Source: Candidatus Pacebacteria bacterium CG2_30_36_39
Lineage (GTDB): Bacteria; Patescibacteriota; Microgenomatia; UBA1400; PJMF01
Reading direction: 5' to 3'
Length of the DNA stretch: 64,000 nucleotides
Assembly: GCA_001873435.1 (NCBI GenBank)
Contig: MNZB01000003.1
Span: 70,427-134,426 of the forward strand
Within the stretch, counting starts at the first letter, position 1, and every line of letters starts with the position of its first letter. Below, one piece after another: positions 19,657-28,401 of the stretch. The position numbers and the translations under genes are program-made. The notes beneath the pieces were generated by a model. That model made no database searches. It was not told where the DNA came from and worked only from the letters and a program-made list of their open reading frames with translations.

Positions 19657-20985
19657 ATGAAATCAACCTTTCCAGAACTGTCTCCCAAAAAAAATGTAAA
19701 AAAAATAAAACTATTCAATTTACAGAACTTATTAAATGTTACCGTTGCAATTTTATTGATTTTTGTCGGCTCGATTATTGGCTATAGATTCTCTCAAACA
19801 GGAAAATTACCACTTGGAATGGAAAGAATTACCCTCATAACCAATGTTCTCTCCAAGCAACAAATAAAACAATCAACCAGATTAACTGGAAACTCTAAAT
19901 CCAGTGATTCAAAAGTAAACTTTGATTCTTTTTGGGAAGTATGGAGCTATTTAGAACGTGACTACTTAGAGCCTGAAAAACTAGATGCTGAAAAAATGGT
20001 CCATGGTGCTATCGCTGGAATGACTGCATCGCTGGGGGATCCGTATACAGCATATTTACCACCAGATGATAACCAACGAAGTGGAGAAGATTTGGCCGGC
20101 AGTTTTTATGGAGTAGGCATAGAACTAGGTTATGTTGATGGTACTTTGGCTGTTATTTCTCCATTAGATGATAGTCCTGCGCAAAAAGCTGGAGTCGAAG
20201 CTGGCGATCTAATTGTTCATGTTAAAGATGCTAAAAAAGGAATTGATGAAGACTCAAGCACTTGGACTTTAGACAGAGCAGTAAATGAAATTAGAGGTGG
20301 TAAAGGTGAACCAGTTGTTTTAACTCTGTTTAGACCAACTAGCGAAAAGAAAGAAACATTTGATGTTGAAATTATTAGGGATGAAATCATTGTTAAATCT
20401 GTAAAGTTGGAATTTGTTGAGCACAATGGTCGTAGAGTAGCTCATCTTCGTATTACTCGCTTTGGTGAAAGAACTTCCGGAGAATGGGATGAAGCAGTTA
20501 ACAAAATTTTAGCTGAAAAAAGTTCTATAACAGGTATTGTCCTTGATATGCGCAATAACCCTGGAGGATTCTTTGATACTTCTATTACTATTGCCAGTGA
20601 GTTTTTCAAAAATGGAATTGTTGTTTCACAAAAAGGCAAAGTCCAAACCCAGGATTTCAAAGCTAAGGGCAAGGCAAGATTAGTGGGAATTCCAGTTGTG
20701 ATTTTAGTTAATAAAGGCAGTGCTTCTGCTTCTGAAATCGTTGCTGGTGCTTTAAAAGACAATATTAATGCTAAGTTAGTTGGTGAAAAAACCTTTGGCA
20801 AAGGCACTGTTCAAGACCGTCGAGAACTTTCTAATGGTGGAGGAATTCATATCACCATTGGTCGCTGGTTAATGCCAAAAGGAGAATGGATTCATCATGA
20901 AGGTATTCCAGTAGATATTGAAGCTCAAGATAATAAAGAGACTGAAGAAGACGAAGTTTTATTAAAAGGAATAGAGTCTTTTTAA
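19657..20985 (+). CDS. ctpA: S41 family C-terminal processing peptidase
   Basis: N-terminal TM anchor, PDZ domain, and catalytic region (VILVNKGSASASEIVAGAL, ..K.. dyad). Confidence 0.85.
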   Translation: MKSTFPELSPKKNVKKIKLFNLQNLLNVTVAILLIFVGSIIGYRFSQTGKLPLGMERITLITNVLSKQQIKQSTRLTGNSKSSDSKVNFDSFWEVWSYLERDYLEPEKLDAEKMVHGAIAGMTASLGDPYTAYLPPDDNQRSGEDLAGSFYGVGIELGYVDGTLAVISPLDDSPAQKAGVEAGDLIVHVKDAKKGIDEDSSTWTLDRAVNEIRGGKGEPVVLTLFRPTSEKKETFDVEIIRDEIIVKSVKLEFVEHNGRRVAHLRITRFGERTSGEWDEAVNKILAEKSSITGIVLDMRNNPGGFFDTSITIASEFFKNGIVVSQKGKVQTQDFKAKGKARLVGIPVVILVNKGSASASEIVAGALKDNINAKLVGEKTFGKGTVQDRRELSNGGGIHITIGRWLMPKGEWIHHEGIPVDIEAQDNKETEEDEVLLKGIESF

Positions 20986-20990
20986 AGAAA

Positions 20991-22187
20991 ATGCCTGCCA
21001 AACAACAGCGTTTTTCAAAAAACATCTTAATAAGTTGGTTACTGGTTTTTCAGTGGGAACTATATTTTCCTATTGCCATCTGGATGTTTTACTTTTTACG
21101 TTACTTAGACTTTAGAGAAGTTGCTTTAATTGGCGCAGCCTCAACAATCGCTAGTAGTTTATTAGAAATTCCAACAGGTGCCATAGCAGATGTAATTGGA
21201 CGTAAAAAAACTTTAATCTTATCTCGTATTTTTGGCATCATCTCTTTTGTAATGATAATAGTTGGCCATGATTTTTGGATTTTCTTGATTGCTAGGCTGA
21301 TTCAAGGACTTTCTCAAGCTTTGTGGTCAGGCTCGCTTGAATCTCTACAATACGATACGTTGAAAGAACAACAACAAGAAAATAGATTTGTCAAAGTTGT
21401 TTCTCGCAACGAAACATTAAGCTGGCTAGCTTTATTCATATCTGCAGTTTTAGGAGGATTTATGTTTGATATAGATCCAACTCTTCCTTATGTCATCACC
21501 ACATTTTTTACGGTTATAGCTCTGATTGGCAGTTTCTTTTTAGTTGAACCCAAAATTGATTCTGAAGTTTTTTCTTGGAGAAAATACTTTAAACAAAACC
21601 TAGAGGGATTTAAAGAATTATTTGCTGAAAAACGTAAGCGTTCAATTTCTCTAATTTTAATAACCATTGGTTCTGGTTATATTGTCGCCTCAAAAATATT
21701 GGGAATTTCTCAGGCTAAGGAATACGGATTAAATGGCAAAGAAGTAGGATTTTTATTTGGGGCTGGTTATCTTATTGCTGCCTTAGCATCTCATTATTAT
21801 CCTAAAATCCGCCAAAGATTTTCTGCGGGAAAATTAGCTATTTTTGCTTCAATAGTTTTAATCAGTTCATTTTTGGGAGCAAAATTTGTTGGAGTGGTTG
21901 GTGGTATGTTTTTAATTTTTATGCGTATTTCCAGCTCGACAACTTTTAATAACTCAAAATCTTTATTATTAAATGAGTTTATTGATTCCAAAAACAGAGC
22001 CACCGCTCTTTCTACGATGTCTTTACTATCTGATATACCATTTGTGCTTTTATCATATTTCATTGGAGATGCGATTGAAAAAACTTCACCAAATGAATTT
22101 TCTCTAGTCTTGGGAATTGCTTTAGTGGGCTTTTTATTACCACAATTATGGAAATATCAACAACTTAAAAAAGTTATTGGAAAATAG
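20991..22187 (+). CDS. MFS transporter
   Basis: 398 aa, about 12 TM helices, MFS motif region (GAIADVIGRKKT). Confidence 0.7.
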   Translation: MPAKQQRFSKNILISWLLVFQWELYFPIAIWMFYFLRYLDFREVALIGAASTIASSLLEIPTGAIADVIGRKKTLILSRIFGIISFVMIIVGHDFWIFLIARLIQGLSQALWSGSLESLQYDTLKEQQQENRFVKVVSRNETLSWLALFISAVLGGFMFDIDPTLPYVITTFFTVIALIGSFFLVEPKIDSEVFSWRKYFKQNLEGFKELFAEKRKRSISLILITIGSGYIVASKILGISQAKEYGLNGKEVGFLFGAGYLIAALASHYYPKIRQRFSAGKLAIFASIVLISSFLGAKFVGVVGGMFLIFMRISSSTTFNNSKSLLLNEFIDSKNRATALSTMSLLSDIPFVLLSYFIGDAIEKTSPNEFSLVLGIALVGFLLPQLWKYQQLKKVIGK

Positions 22188-22188
22188 T

Positions 22189-22425
22189 TTATCTTTTTTT
22201 TCTTGCAGTTTCACCCATTTTTAAAACAGCTAGACCATATTTAAATGGTTCTTCATAAGTGGCAACTACGGCAGCATTTGCAAAAGCAACTGCTTTGGGA
22301 TGTCTAGTATTTTTTCCAGCCCAACGAATAAAATCATGCTCATGATCCAAAATACTTAAAACATCAGCAGTAGAGAATGGGGGATTTAAATGGGGAAATA
22401 GATCTTTTTCAGTTTCGTTATTCAT
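22189..22425 (-). CDS. hypothetical small protein downstream of prfA
   Basis: The ORF track gives 22189..22476. The ATG at 22425 lies just past the prfA stop, so I chose it. No family recognised. Confidence 0.35.
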   Translation of the reverse strand: MNNETEKDLFPHLNPPFSTADVLSILDHEHDFIRWAGKNTRHPKAVAFANAAVVATYEEPFKYGLAVLKMGETARKKR

Positions 22426-23368
22426 TTGTTTCAGGTGTTTGCTCGTCTTCTTTTTCAATGTTTTGTCTGACTTCAATTAACATTTTATTTAAGTCTCCCT
22501 CAAGAATTGTTTCTAAGCTATGCCAAGAAACATTAATCCGATGATCAGTGACTCTGTTTTGTGGATAGTTATAGGTACGGATTTTTTCAGCACGCATATT
22601 ACGACCAATAACTTTACGAGCGCTACCCAAAGCTTCTTGTTTTTTCTCTTCTTCAATTTCCCAAAGCTGTGCTCTAAGTAATTCTAAAGTGATTTGACGA
22701 TTTTGAACTTGTTTGCGTTCTTGGCTTGAAGTAACGACGATACCAGATGGAACGTGAGTCAAACGAACAGCGCTACTAGTTTTATTAACTGATTGACCAC
22801 CAGCTCCACCAGAACGCATAAATTGCCAAATGAGGTCTTCATCACGAATTTCAATGGCATTGGCTTTGATTTCAGGTAAAACCGCCACGGAAGCGGTTGA
22901 GGTATGAATTCTGCCTTGAGCTTCAGTGGTTGGCACGCGTTGAACTCGATGAACTCCAGATTCATATTTAAATAAGTCATAGGCATAAAGTGTTTCGCCA
23001 CCTATTTCTGCTCGACCTCTAATTTTGATCACTAAATCATCAATGTATTCCATTTTTAGACCAGCAGTTTCAATGAAACGTAGATACATGCGCAGAAGGT
23101 CGTTAGCCCAGATTTTAGCTTCATCACCACCAGCTCCACCACGAATTTCTAGAATAGCATTGGATTTACTAGTGTCAGTTTCTTCTTCTGTTTCTTGGGT
23201 GCTGTGGGCAAATTCTTCAGCTGCATCTTCAAGGGCTTTTTTTTGAATTTCAAGGTCAGCAATTTCTGCTTGAGCTAGTTCTCCTAACTCTGGATCAGTA
23301 ATTAAAGCCTGGTTTTCGGTGATTTTCTGTTCTAGCTGTTGGATTTGATCGGTATAAGGATTGTACAT
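22418..23368 (-). CDS. prfA: peptide chain release factor 1
   Basis: GGQ motif (SGGAGGQSVNKT). Tripeptide anticodon of the PxT type (RVQRVPTTEAQGRIHTS), which marks RF1 rather than RF2. No frameshift site. Confidence 0.85.
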   Translation of the reverse strand: MYNPYTDQIQQLEQKITENQALITDPELGELAQAEIADLEIQKKALEDAAEEFAHSTQETEEETDTSKSNAILEIRGGAGGDEAKIWANDLLRMYLRFIETAGLKMEYIDDLVIKIRGRAEIGGETLYAYDLFKYESGVHRVQRVPTTEAQGRIHTSTASVAVLPEIKANAIEIRDEDLIWQFMRSGGAGGQSVNKTSSAVRLTHVPSGIVVTSSQERKQVQNRQITLELLRAQLWEIEEEKKQEALGSARKVIGRNMRAEKIRTYNYPQNRVTDHRINVSWHSLETILEGDLNKMLIEVRQNIEKEDEQTPETNE

Positions 23369-23434
23369 ACAACAAAAATCCCCTTCATTATACCCTGGAT
23401 TAGCAGGGAAGGGGATCTTTCCTAGAAAACTTAG

Positions 23435-23794
23435 CTAATTAGCAGAGACTTCAACTTTTTTCTCAACAGGAGCTGTCTTAGCCTCTTGTTGTAAGGTTGA
23501 GCGTTGTTCACGCAAAATGTCTTGATATGATTTTGGAGTATTGTCTTTGTCTGTGGTTTTTTTGGCTTTTTTAGCACTTGCTTGTTTGGTTTGAGCAAGT
23601 TGCATTTTAGCTCTGAAACGATCTACACGACCTTGACGATCAACAAATCTCATTTCACCAGTAAAGAATGGGTGACAAGCACTACAGATATCTACTTGAA
23701 TGGTTTTCAATGCTGAACCAGTAGTAAAGGTGTTACCACAACTACAAGTAACTACTGTGTCATGGTTCCAATTTGGATGAATATTTGCTTTCAT
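23435..23794 (-). CDS. rpmE: 50S ribosomal protein L31 with Lys/Ala-rich C-terminal extension
   Basis: N-terminal MKANIHP..CSCGN..C..C L31 zinc-ribbon core (about 70 aa), then about 45 extra residues. Confidence 0.85.
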   Translation of the reverse strand: MKANIHPNWNHDTVVTCSCGNTFTTGSALKTIQVDICSACHPFFTGEMRFVDRQGRVDRFRAKMQLAQTKQASAKKAKKTTDKDNTPKSYQDILREQRSTLQQEAKTAPVEKKVEVSAN

Positions 23795-23831
23795 GTTTTT
23801 TCCTTAAAAAATTCTTCTTCGACGAAAGGAG

Positions 23832-23840
23832 ATTATATCA
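23832..23840 (-). promoter_or_regulatory. extended -10 element TGATATAAT upstream of rpmE-prfA
   Basis: Minus-strand TGATATAAT 37 nt upstream of the rpmE ATG. Same 9-mer as before rpsF and rpsB. Confidence 0.45.
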
Positions 23841-23877
23841 CGATCTCTAGAAATCGCCAAAGTGACAATCATAATTA

Positions 23878-25122
23878 TTAAATAGAACGGAAATTAGCTA
23901 TTTTTTCCAAAGAAATTGTCGTCTGATTGCCTGTTTTCATATTTTTAATTGAAACTGTCTTATTTTTTGCTTCTTCCTCACCAACAATTAAAACGTATGG
24001 CATCTTGTTTTGATCTGCATACTTAAATTGTTTGCCTAATTTATCAGTTTCTGGATAAAGTTCTGTTTTAACTCCTAATTTTCTAAGTTGTTGAGTGGCA
24101 AGTAGGGTTTCAGTTAAAGTATTTTTATCAAAATTAGCTACTAGTACTTCAACTCCTTGATTAATTGGGATTAACTCTAGTGCAGTTGCAGCTTCAACAA
24201 TGCGATCAAAGCCAAAAGCTACACCGGTTGCAGGCATATTTGGACCACCTAAGTCTCTTATTAATTGGTCATAACGACCGCCTCCGCCACAGGATCCAAC
24301 TGGATATTCTGGGATGATGATTTCAAAAATCATACCAGTGTAATAATCTAAGCCACGAGCTAGGATGGGGGAGAATTCCAATGCTTCTTTTGGTATTCCA
24401 AGAGAATAAACATTTTGTTCTATATTACTTAAATTTACTGATTTTTCAGCATTTTTTATTGATGTCAAAGCCTCTTCAGCCTTAGATTTTTCCAAGCCTT
24501 TTTTAACTAATTCTGCCACTACATCTTCGGGTTTAATTTTATCTAATTTATCAATGCTTTGGATGAGAGAGAAAACATTTACTTGTTCATTGGTAAATGG
24601 CTGTAAGGTTTTTATTAGGGTTTCACGATCATTGAAGCGTAAAACAATATTTTTAAAGCCTATGGCTTTAAAAGCCTGGTAGGTGCAAGCCATAATTTCT
24701 GCATCAGATAAGGGTGAGGTGCTGCCAAAAATATCAATATCACATTGAGTAAATTCTCTAAAGCGACCTTTTTGTGGTTTATCTGCACGGAAAACATTTT
24801 GAATTTGGTAGCGACGGAAATATTTTGGTAGCTTATCTTGATATTGAGTTAAAACTCTGGCGCTTGGAACCGTCTGGTCATAGCGCAGACCTATTTTACG
24901 ATCACCTCGATCTTCAAATGTATAAACTAGTTTATCTGCTTCTTCACCATATTTACCCAAAAGTAAGGAGGCGTATTCTAAGGTTGGAGTTTCAATTGGT
25001 TGAAAGCCAAATGTTTCAAAAACGGTTTTGATTTTTTGCACTACAAAATCTCGAGCTCTTTTTTCTTCTGGAAGAAAATCTCGAAAACCTTTTAATGTTT
25101 GTAATGGTTGTGTTTGTGTCAT
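23878..25122 (-). CDS. hisS: histidine--tRNA ligase
   Basis: Class II aaRS motifs, HisRS-specific LKGFRDFLPEE and GGRYD. 414 aa. Good SD (AAAGGAAAT) before the ATG. Confidence 0.9.
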   Translation of the reverse strand: MTQTQPLQTLKGFRDFLPEEKRARDFVVQKIKTVFETFGFQPIETPTLEYASLLLGKYGEEADKLVYTFEDRGDRKIGLRYDQTVPSARVLTQYQDKLPKYFRRYQIQNVFRADKPQKGRFREFTQCDIDIFGSTSPLSDAEIMACTYQAFKAIGFKNIVLRFNDRETLIKTLQPFTNEQVNVFSLIQSIDKLDKIKPEDVVAELVKKGLEKSKAEEALTSIKNAEKSVNLSNIEQNVYSLGIPKEALEFSPILARGLDYYTGMIFEIIIPEYPVGSCGGGGRYDQLIRDLGGPNMPATGVAFGFDRIVEAATALELIPINQGVEVLVANFDKNTLTETLLATQQLRKLGVKTELYPETDKLGKQFKYADQNKMPYVLIVGEEEAKNKTVSIKNMKTGNQTTISLEKIANFRSI

Positions 25123-25178
25123 ATTTCCTTTGTTATTGTACTTGTTTCTATCTGGTTTGTCTGGAGAATTTGGGTATT

Positions 25179-25200
25179 AAAAAACCCGCCTCAGTGCGGG
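25179..25200 (-). terminator. intrinsic terminator in the hisS 5' leader (attenuator terminator)
   Basis: Minus-strand ACCCGC-ACUGAG-GCGGGU stem followed by UUUUUU, 57 nt upstream of the hisS ATG. Confidence 0.55.
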
Positions 25201-25232
25201 TAATCTTCTCCAATCCAACCATAACCCACACT

Positions 25233-25283
25233 TTAGAGGAGGGTATGATGATGAACTTGAGTTGTTGCGTTAGATAACAACAT
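25233..25283 (-). CDS. candidate His-rich leader peptide MLLSNATTQVHHHTLL (hisS attenuation leader)
   Basis: Minus-strand ATG ttg tta tct aac gca aca act caa gtt CAT CAT CAT acc ctc ctc TAA. GUGUGGGU directly after the stop can pair with ACCCGCAC of the terminator (antiterminator). Promoter-like TTGACT-N17-TAGGAT at 25320-25292 would give a leaderless transcript. Confidence 0.4.
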   Translation of the reverse strand: MLLSNATTQVHHHTLL

Positions 25284-25291
25284 AGAACAAT

Positions 25292-25320
25292 ATCCTATAA
25301 GAAAATTGGGTTTTAGTCAA
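25292..25320 (-). promoter_or_regulatory. sigma70-like promoter (TTGACT-N17-TAGGAT) for the his-leader/hisS transcript
   Basis: -35 at 25315-25320, -10 at 25292-25297 (minus strand). The predicted TSS is within a few nt of the leader ATG. Confidence 0.35.
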
Positions 25321-25368
25321 GAACTAGCTAAAAAACCAGGTTAGCAATGCTACAATACTGTTATAAAG

Positions 25369-25441
25369 GGGCCACTAGCTCAGTTGGTAGAGCGTTGCAT
25401 TCGCATTGCAGAGGTCAGGAGTTCGACTCTCCTGTGGTCCA
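25369..25441 (+). tRNA. tRNA-Ala (anticodon CGC)
   Basis: Hand-folded cloverleaf: acceptor GGGCCAC/GTGGTCC with G3:U70 Ala identity pair, D-arm GCTC-AGTTGGTA-GAGC, anticodon loop TTCGCAT, T-arm AGGAG-TTCGACT-CTCCT. No encoded CCA. Confidence 0.85.
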
Positions 25442-25444
25442 CTG

Positions 25445-25972
25445 ATGAAAATTACCTTAAGACCAGCCAAAAATGAAGATTTGGCTATTTATACCAATCT
25501 CTTACAAGAATCTTATCAAGATAGTTATGTTTCACCTGAAATTGGTTTAACTCCAGCTTGTTTTGCAAAAGAAATTTTTCAGACAGAAGACACTCAGAAA
25601 TATCTTGCTACAAACTTAGTGAATAATGAGTTGCAACAAACTTGGTTGGCTTTTAATCAAGATAATTTGCTTATAGGCAGTATTACTTTGGAGCACCAGG
25701 GAAACGAGTGTGAATTACGTGGTTTTTATGTTAAACCAGGATTTCAAGGACAGGGGATGGGTAAAAAACTTTGGCAGCAAATCTTACCTTTTTCTAGAGG
25801 AAAAGATATTATTTTGAATATATATGCTCATAATTTGAGAACTATAGATATTTATAAGAATTGGGGTTTTAAAGTTGATAAAACAAAACCAGCTTTTTTT
25901 AGGCATTGGCCAGAATGGCCAGACAATGTTCAAGCAAAATGTATTTATATGCGTTTAATCCAAAAAGATTAA
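25445..25972 (+). CDS. GNAT family N-acetyltransferase
   Basis: Acetyl-CoA binding motif (RGFYVKPGFQGQGMGKKL). The ORF track start 25406 lies inside the tRNA. MKITL at 25445 is the first start clear of it. Confidence 0.7.
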   Translation: MKITLRPAKNEDLAIYTNLLQESYQDSYVSPEIGLTPACFAKEIFQTEDTQKYLATNLVNNELQQTWLAFNQDNLLIGSITLEHQGNECELRGFYVKPGFQGQGMGKKLWQQILPFSRGKDIILNIYAHNLRTIDIYKNWGFKVDKTKPAFFRHWPEWPDNVQAKCIYMRLIQKD

Positions 25973-26788
25973 GCCATAAAAAATATTTGCTACATCTTTT
26001 TTAACTTGTTCGTCGTCAATATTTATCTCTTGATTTACTAAATATAAATGTTTACTTGTAGTAAAAGCATAAAAGATTTTCTCATCAAGTTTTCCACCAG
26101 CAAAAACTATTTTTACTACGGATTTACCCCAAATACTTGTTTCTGTTGATTCAGCAATCGTCAAATTTGCTTGCTTAAGTTCTTCGTCATTATCAATTAC
26201 TGTTTGAATTTTCTCTTTTAGATTATTGGAAGTTAAATTTTCTAAGTTATTGTTGCAATAAACAGCTATTTGTCCTGGTGGGTTTTCATTTGTTTCTTCT
26301 TTGCTTCTGAACGTGGTAAGAGCAACTTGATCAAAGATATTTAGAAAAGGAATAGGGAAGTCATTGCCTACCTTCAGATATGTGAATTTCCAATCTCTAA
26401 TGATGTTATTTTGGTCATAGCCAGCAATATATGGAGATTTGGGAATCAATAGATTACAGTTTTCAACTTTATCAAAGCTCCAGCCCCATTGGTCATCTCC
26501 AGGCATTTTTGTAGGTTCAATACTTGGTTGTTTTGTTGGAGAGATGATTGATGGCTGAGGACTTGGTTGATTTGCAATTTGTTGTTTATTTTGCTCAAGG
26601 GTTTTTTCGATTCTTAATTGAATTTTTTGTTGAATTAAATAAACAGAAAGCAAGCCAAATGCCATGGAAGTTAAAAAGAAAATTACTGTAAAGCGAAATT
26701 GATGTGGATTCTTTCTAAATTTTTCTAAAGTTTCCTCTAGTTGTTTGTTTTGATCTTTACTAAGAAATTTATTTAAAATATTTTGCAT
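25955..26788 (-). CDS. hypothetical membrane-anchored protein
   Basis: One N-terminal TM helix, Q/P-rich linker, globular C-terminal domain. No family recognised. Confidence 0.5.
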   Translation of the reverse strand: MQNILNKFLSKDQNKQLEETLEKFRKNPHQFRFTVIFFLTSMAFGLLSVYLIQQKIQLRIEKTLEQNKQQIANQPSPQPSIISPTKQPSIEPTKMPGDDQWGWSFDKVENCNLLIPKSPYIAGYDQNNIIRDWKFTYLKVGNDFPIPFLNIFDQVALTTFRSKEETNENPPGQIAVYCNNNLENLTSNNLKEKIQTVIDNDEELKQANLTIAESTETSIWGKSVVKIVFAGGKLDEKIFYAFTTSKHLYLVNQEINIDDEQVKKDVANIFYGLIFLD

Positions 26789-27313
26789 TTAAATTTCCTT
26801 CACTAACTCTATTTCATCATCATATTCACCTTGCCATTTAACACTCTTTTCCTTGATTCCACATTGAGAAAAGCCCAGCTTTTGATAGAGCTTTTGGGCT
26901 GGCAAGTTTTTGCGATTACAAGAAATAAAAATTCTTTCTACCTCGGTTTTTTCTTTTACTTCTTTAAGTAAAAACTCAAATAATTTGGTAGCCAAACCGT
27001 TACCACGATAGCTTGGATCAACATAGAGATTGTACATAAAAGCAATGTGTTTTTGCTTTTCCATGTATGATTTTTCTAATTGGGCATAGCCAATTAATTT
27101 GAATTCATCTAGAAAAATACCATAGTAACCATAAACAGGAGATGACAAGGAGTAACGGATTTCAGAGGCAAAAGCGTCAATCGATCTTCTACTTTCAGAT
27201 TCTAGAGTGGCTAAATAACTTTCAGGATTATTTTGTAAGGCTTTAAGACGAAGCTCGCGGTAAGACAAAGCGTCTGAGCCAGTCATTAATCTAATAGTTG
27301 TGTTTAATTCCAT
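26789..27313 (-). CDS. GNAT family N-acetyltransferase
   Basis: 174 aa. Conserved GNAT motif A (YRGNGLATKLFEFL). Confidence 0.75.
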   Translation of the reverse strand: MELNTTIRLMTGSDALSYRELRLKALQNNPESYLATLESESRRSIDAFASEIRYSLSSPVYGYYGIFLDEFKLIGYAQLEKSYMEKQKHIAFMYNLYVDPSYRGNGLATKLFEFLLKEVKEKTEVERIFISCNRKNLPAQKLYQKLGFSQCGIKEKSVKWQGEYDDEIELVKEI

Positions 27314-27320
27314 ATTTTTA

Positions 27321-28397
27321 TTATATTTTAGTTAAGACTGTAAAGCTATTTTCTGTTAAATGCACAGTGTTTTCATGGCGATAGCCGAACTCATTTTTTA
27401 AATATATTCCTGGCTCAATAGTAAAGGTTATTCCAGCTTTCAGTGCAGTGTGATTCATCCAAGAAACAGATGGTGGTTCATGGATATCTAAGCCTATTCC
27501 ATGTCCTGTGGTATGAATGAATTCTTCTCCATATCCTTGTTGCTCGATATATTTTCGAGCAGCTTGATCTATGACAACTACTTCTTGACTGTTTGGTCCT
27601 AGTTTTATGGTTTCTTCTGCTTTTTTATAAGCAGTTTTAATTATTTCTTCTATCTCAAGAAATTTAGTAGTTGGTTGTTGGCCAAACCAATATGTTCTAG
27701 TCATGTCTGAGCGATAGCTGTTAAATTTTGCCCCAGCATCGATTAAAACAGGCATTTCTGATTTTAAAGTTTTATCTGTTGGTTGATGGTGGGGTAGGGC
27801 ACCATTTTCTCCAAAAGCCACAATGGTTGGAAAAGCCGGGCCCTCTGCTCCAAGTTCCATCATTAGACCAATGATCTTGCCAGCTAGTTGTTTTTCAGTG
27901 ATTCCATTATGAAAAAATTGAGGAATAGTTTCTAAAACATGAGCAATAATTTGTCCTGCTTTTTGTTGGTAAACCATAGCTAGCTCATCTTTTTCTAATC
28001 TATACTTCCAGAAAAAATCTGTAGAACAAGTTTCTAGTTTTCCAGTAAAATGGTTTTGTAAAAACCTGAATTCTTCCGCAGTAAGATTTTGTTCATCTAG
28101 CCAAAGAATTTTTATATTTTCTTGTTCAAGGGTTTGTTGTAATTTTTTTAAATTGGTTTGGGGTATATATGTTAATTCTGAAAAATCAGTAATAGTTGGA
28201 CTAAAACTATGATGGAAAAGAAAAGCTTTTTGATTGGTAATGCAGAGCAATGCTTCACGTTCCTCAGGGACTAGTTGTGGAAAACCGGTAAAATGAGTAA
28301 TATCCGTTGGTTTGACAACTAAGATCGCTTCATTAATGGCAATATTTTTTTGTATTTTTTTTAATCTTTGTCCGTAAAAATGAGTAACGGCCAACAT
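27321..28397 (-). CDS. M24 family Xaa-Pro aminopeptidase/dipeptidase
   Basis: Pita-bread fold metal ligands (D..D..H..E..E; HGIGLDIHEPP). Confidence 0.85.
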   Translation of the reverse strand: MLAVTHFYGQRLKKIQKNIAINEAILVVKPTDITHFTGFPQLVPEEREALLCITNQKAFLFHHSFSPTITDFSELTYIPQTNLKKLQQTLEQENIKILWLDEQNLTAEEFRFLQNHFTGKLETCSTDFFWKYRLEKDELAMVYQQKAGQIIAHVLETIPQFFHNGITEKQLAGKIIGLMMELGAEGPAFPTIVAFGENGALPHHQPTDKTLKSEMPVLIDAGAKFNSYRSDMTRTYWFGQQPTTKFLEIEEIIKTAYKKAEETIKLGPNSQEVVVIDQAARKYIEQQGYGEEFIHTTGHGIGLDIHEPPSVSWMNHTALKAGITFTIEPGIYLKNEFGYRHENTVHLTENSFTVLTKI

Positions 28398-28401
28398 ATG
28401 A

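Noticed and set aside
22418-23368. Programmed +1 frameshift (prfB-type) in the release factor gene
   Set aside because: The protein has the RF1 PxT (PTT) tripeptide, not SPF, and the ORF is continuous. It is RF1.
25123-25368. T-box riboswitch upstream of hisS
   Set aside because: No AAUUAGGGUGGNACCGCG T-box sequence or specifier-loop architecture. The His-codon leader-peptide model fits the sequence better.
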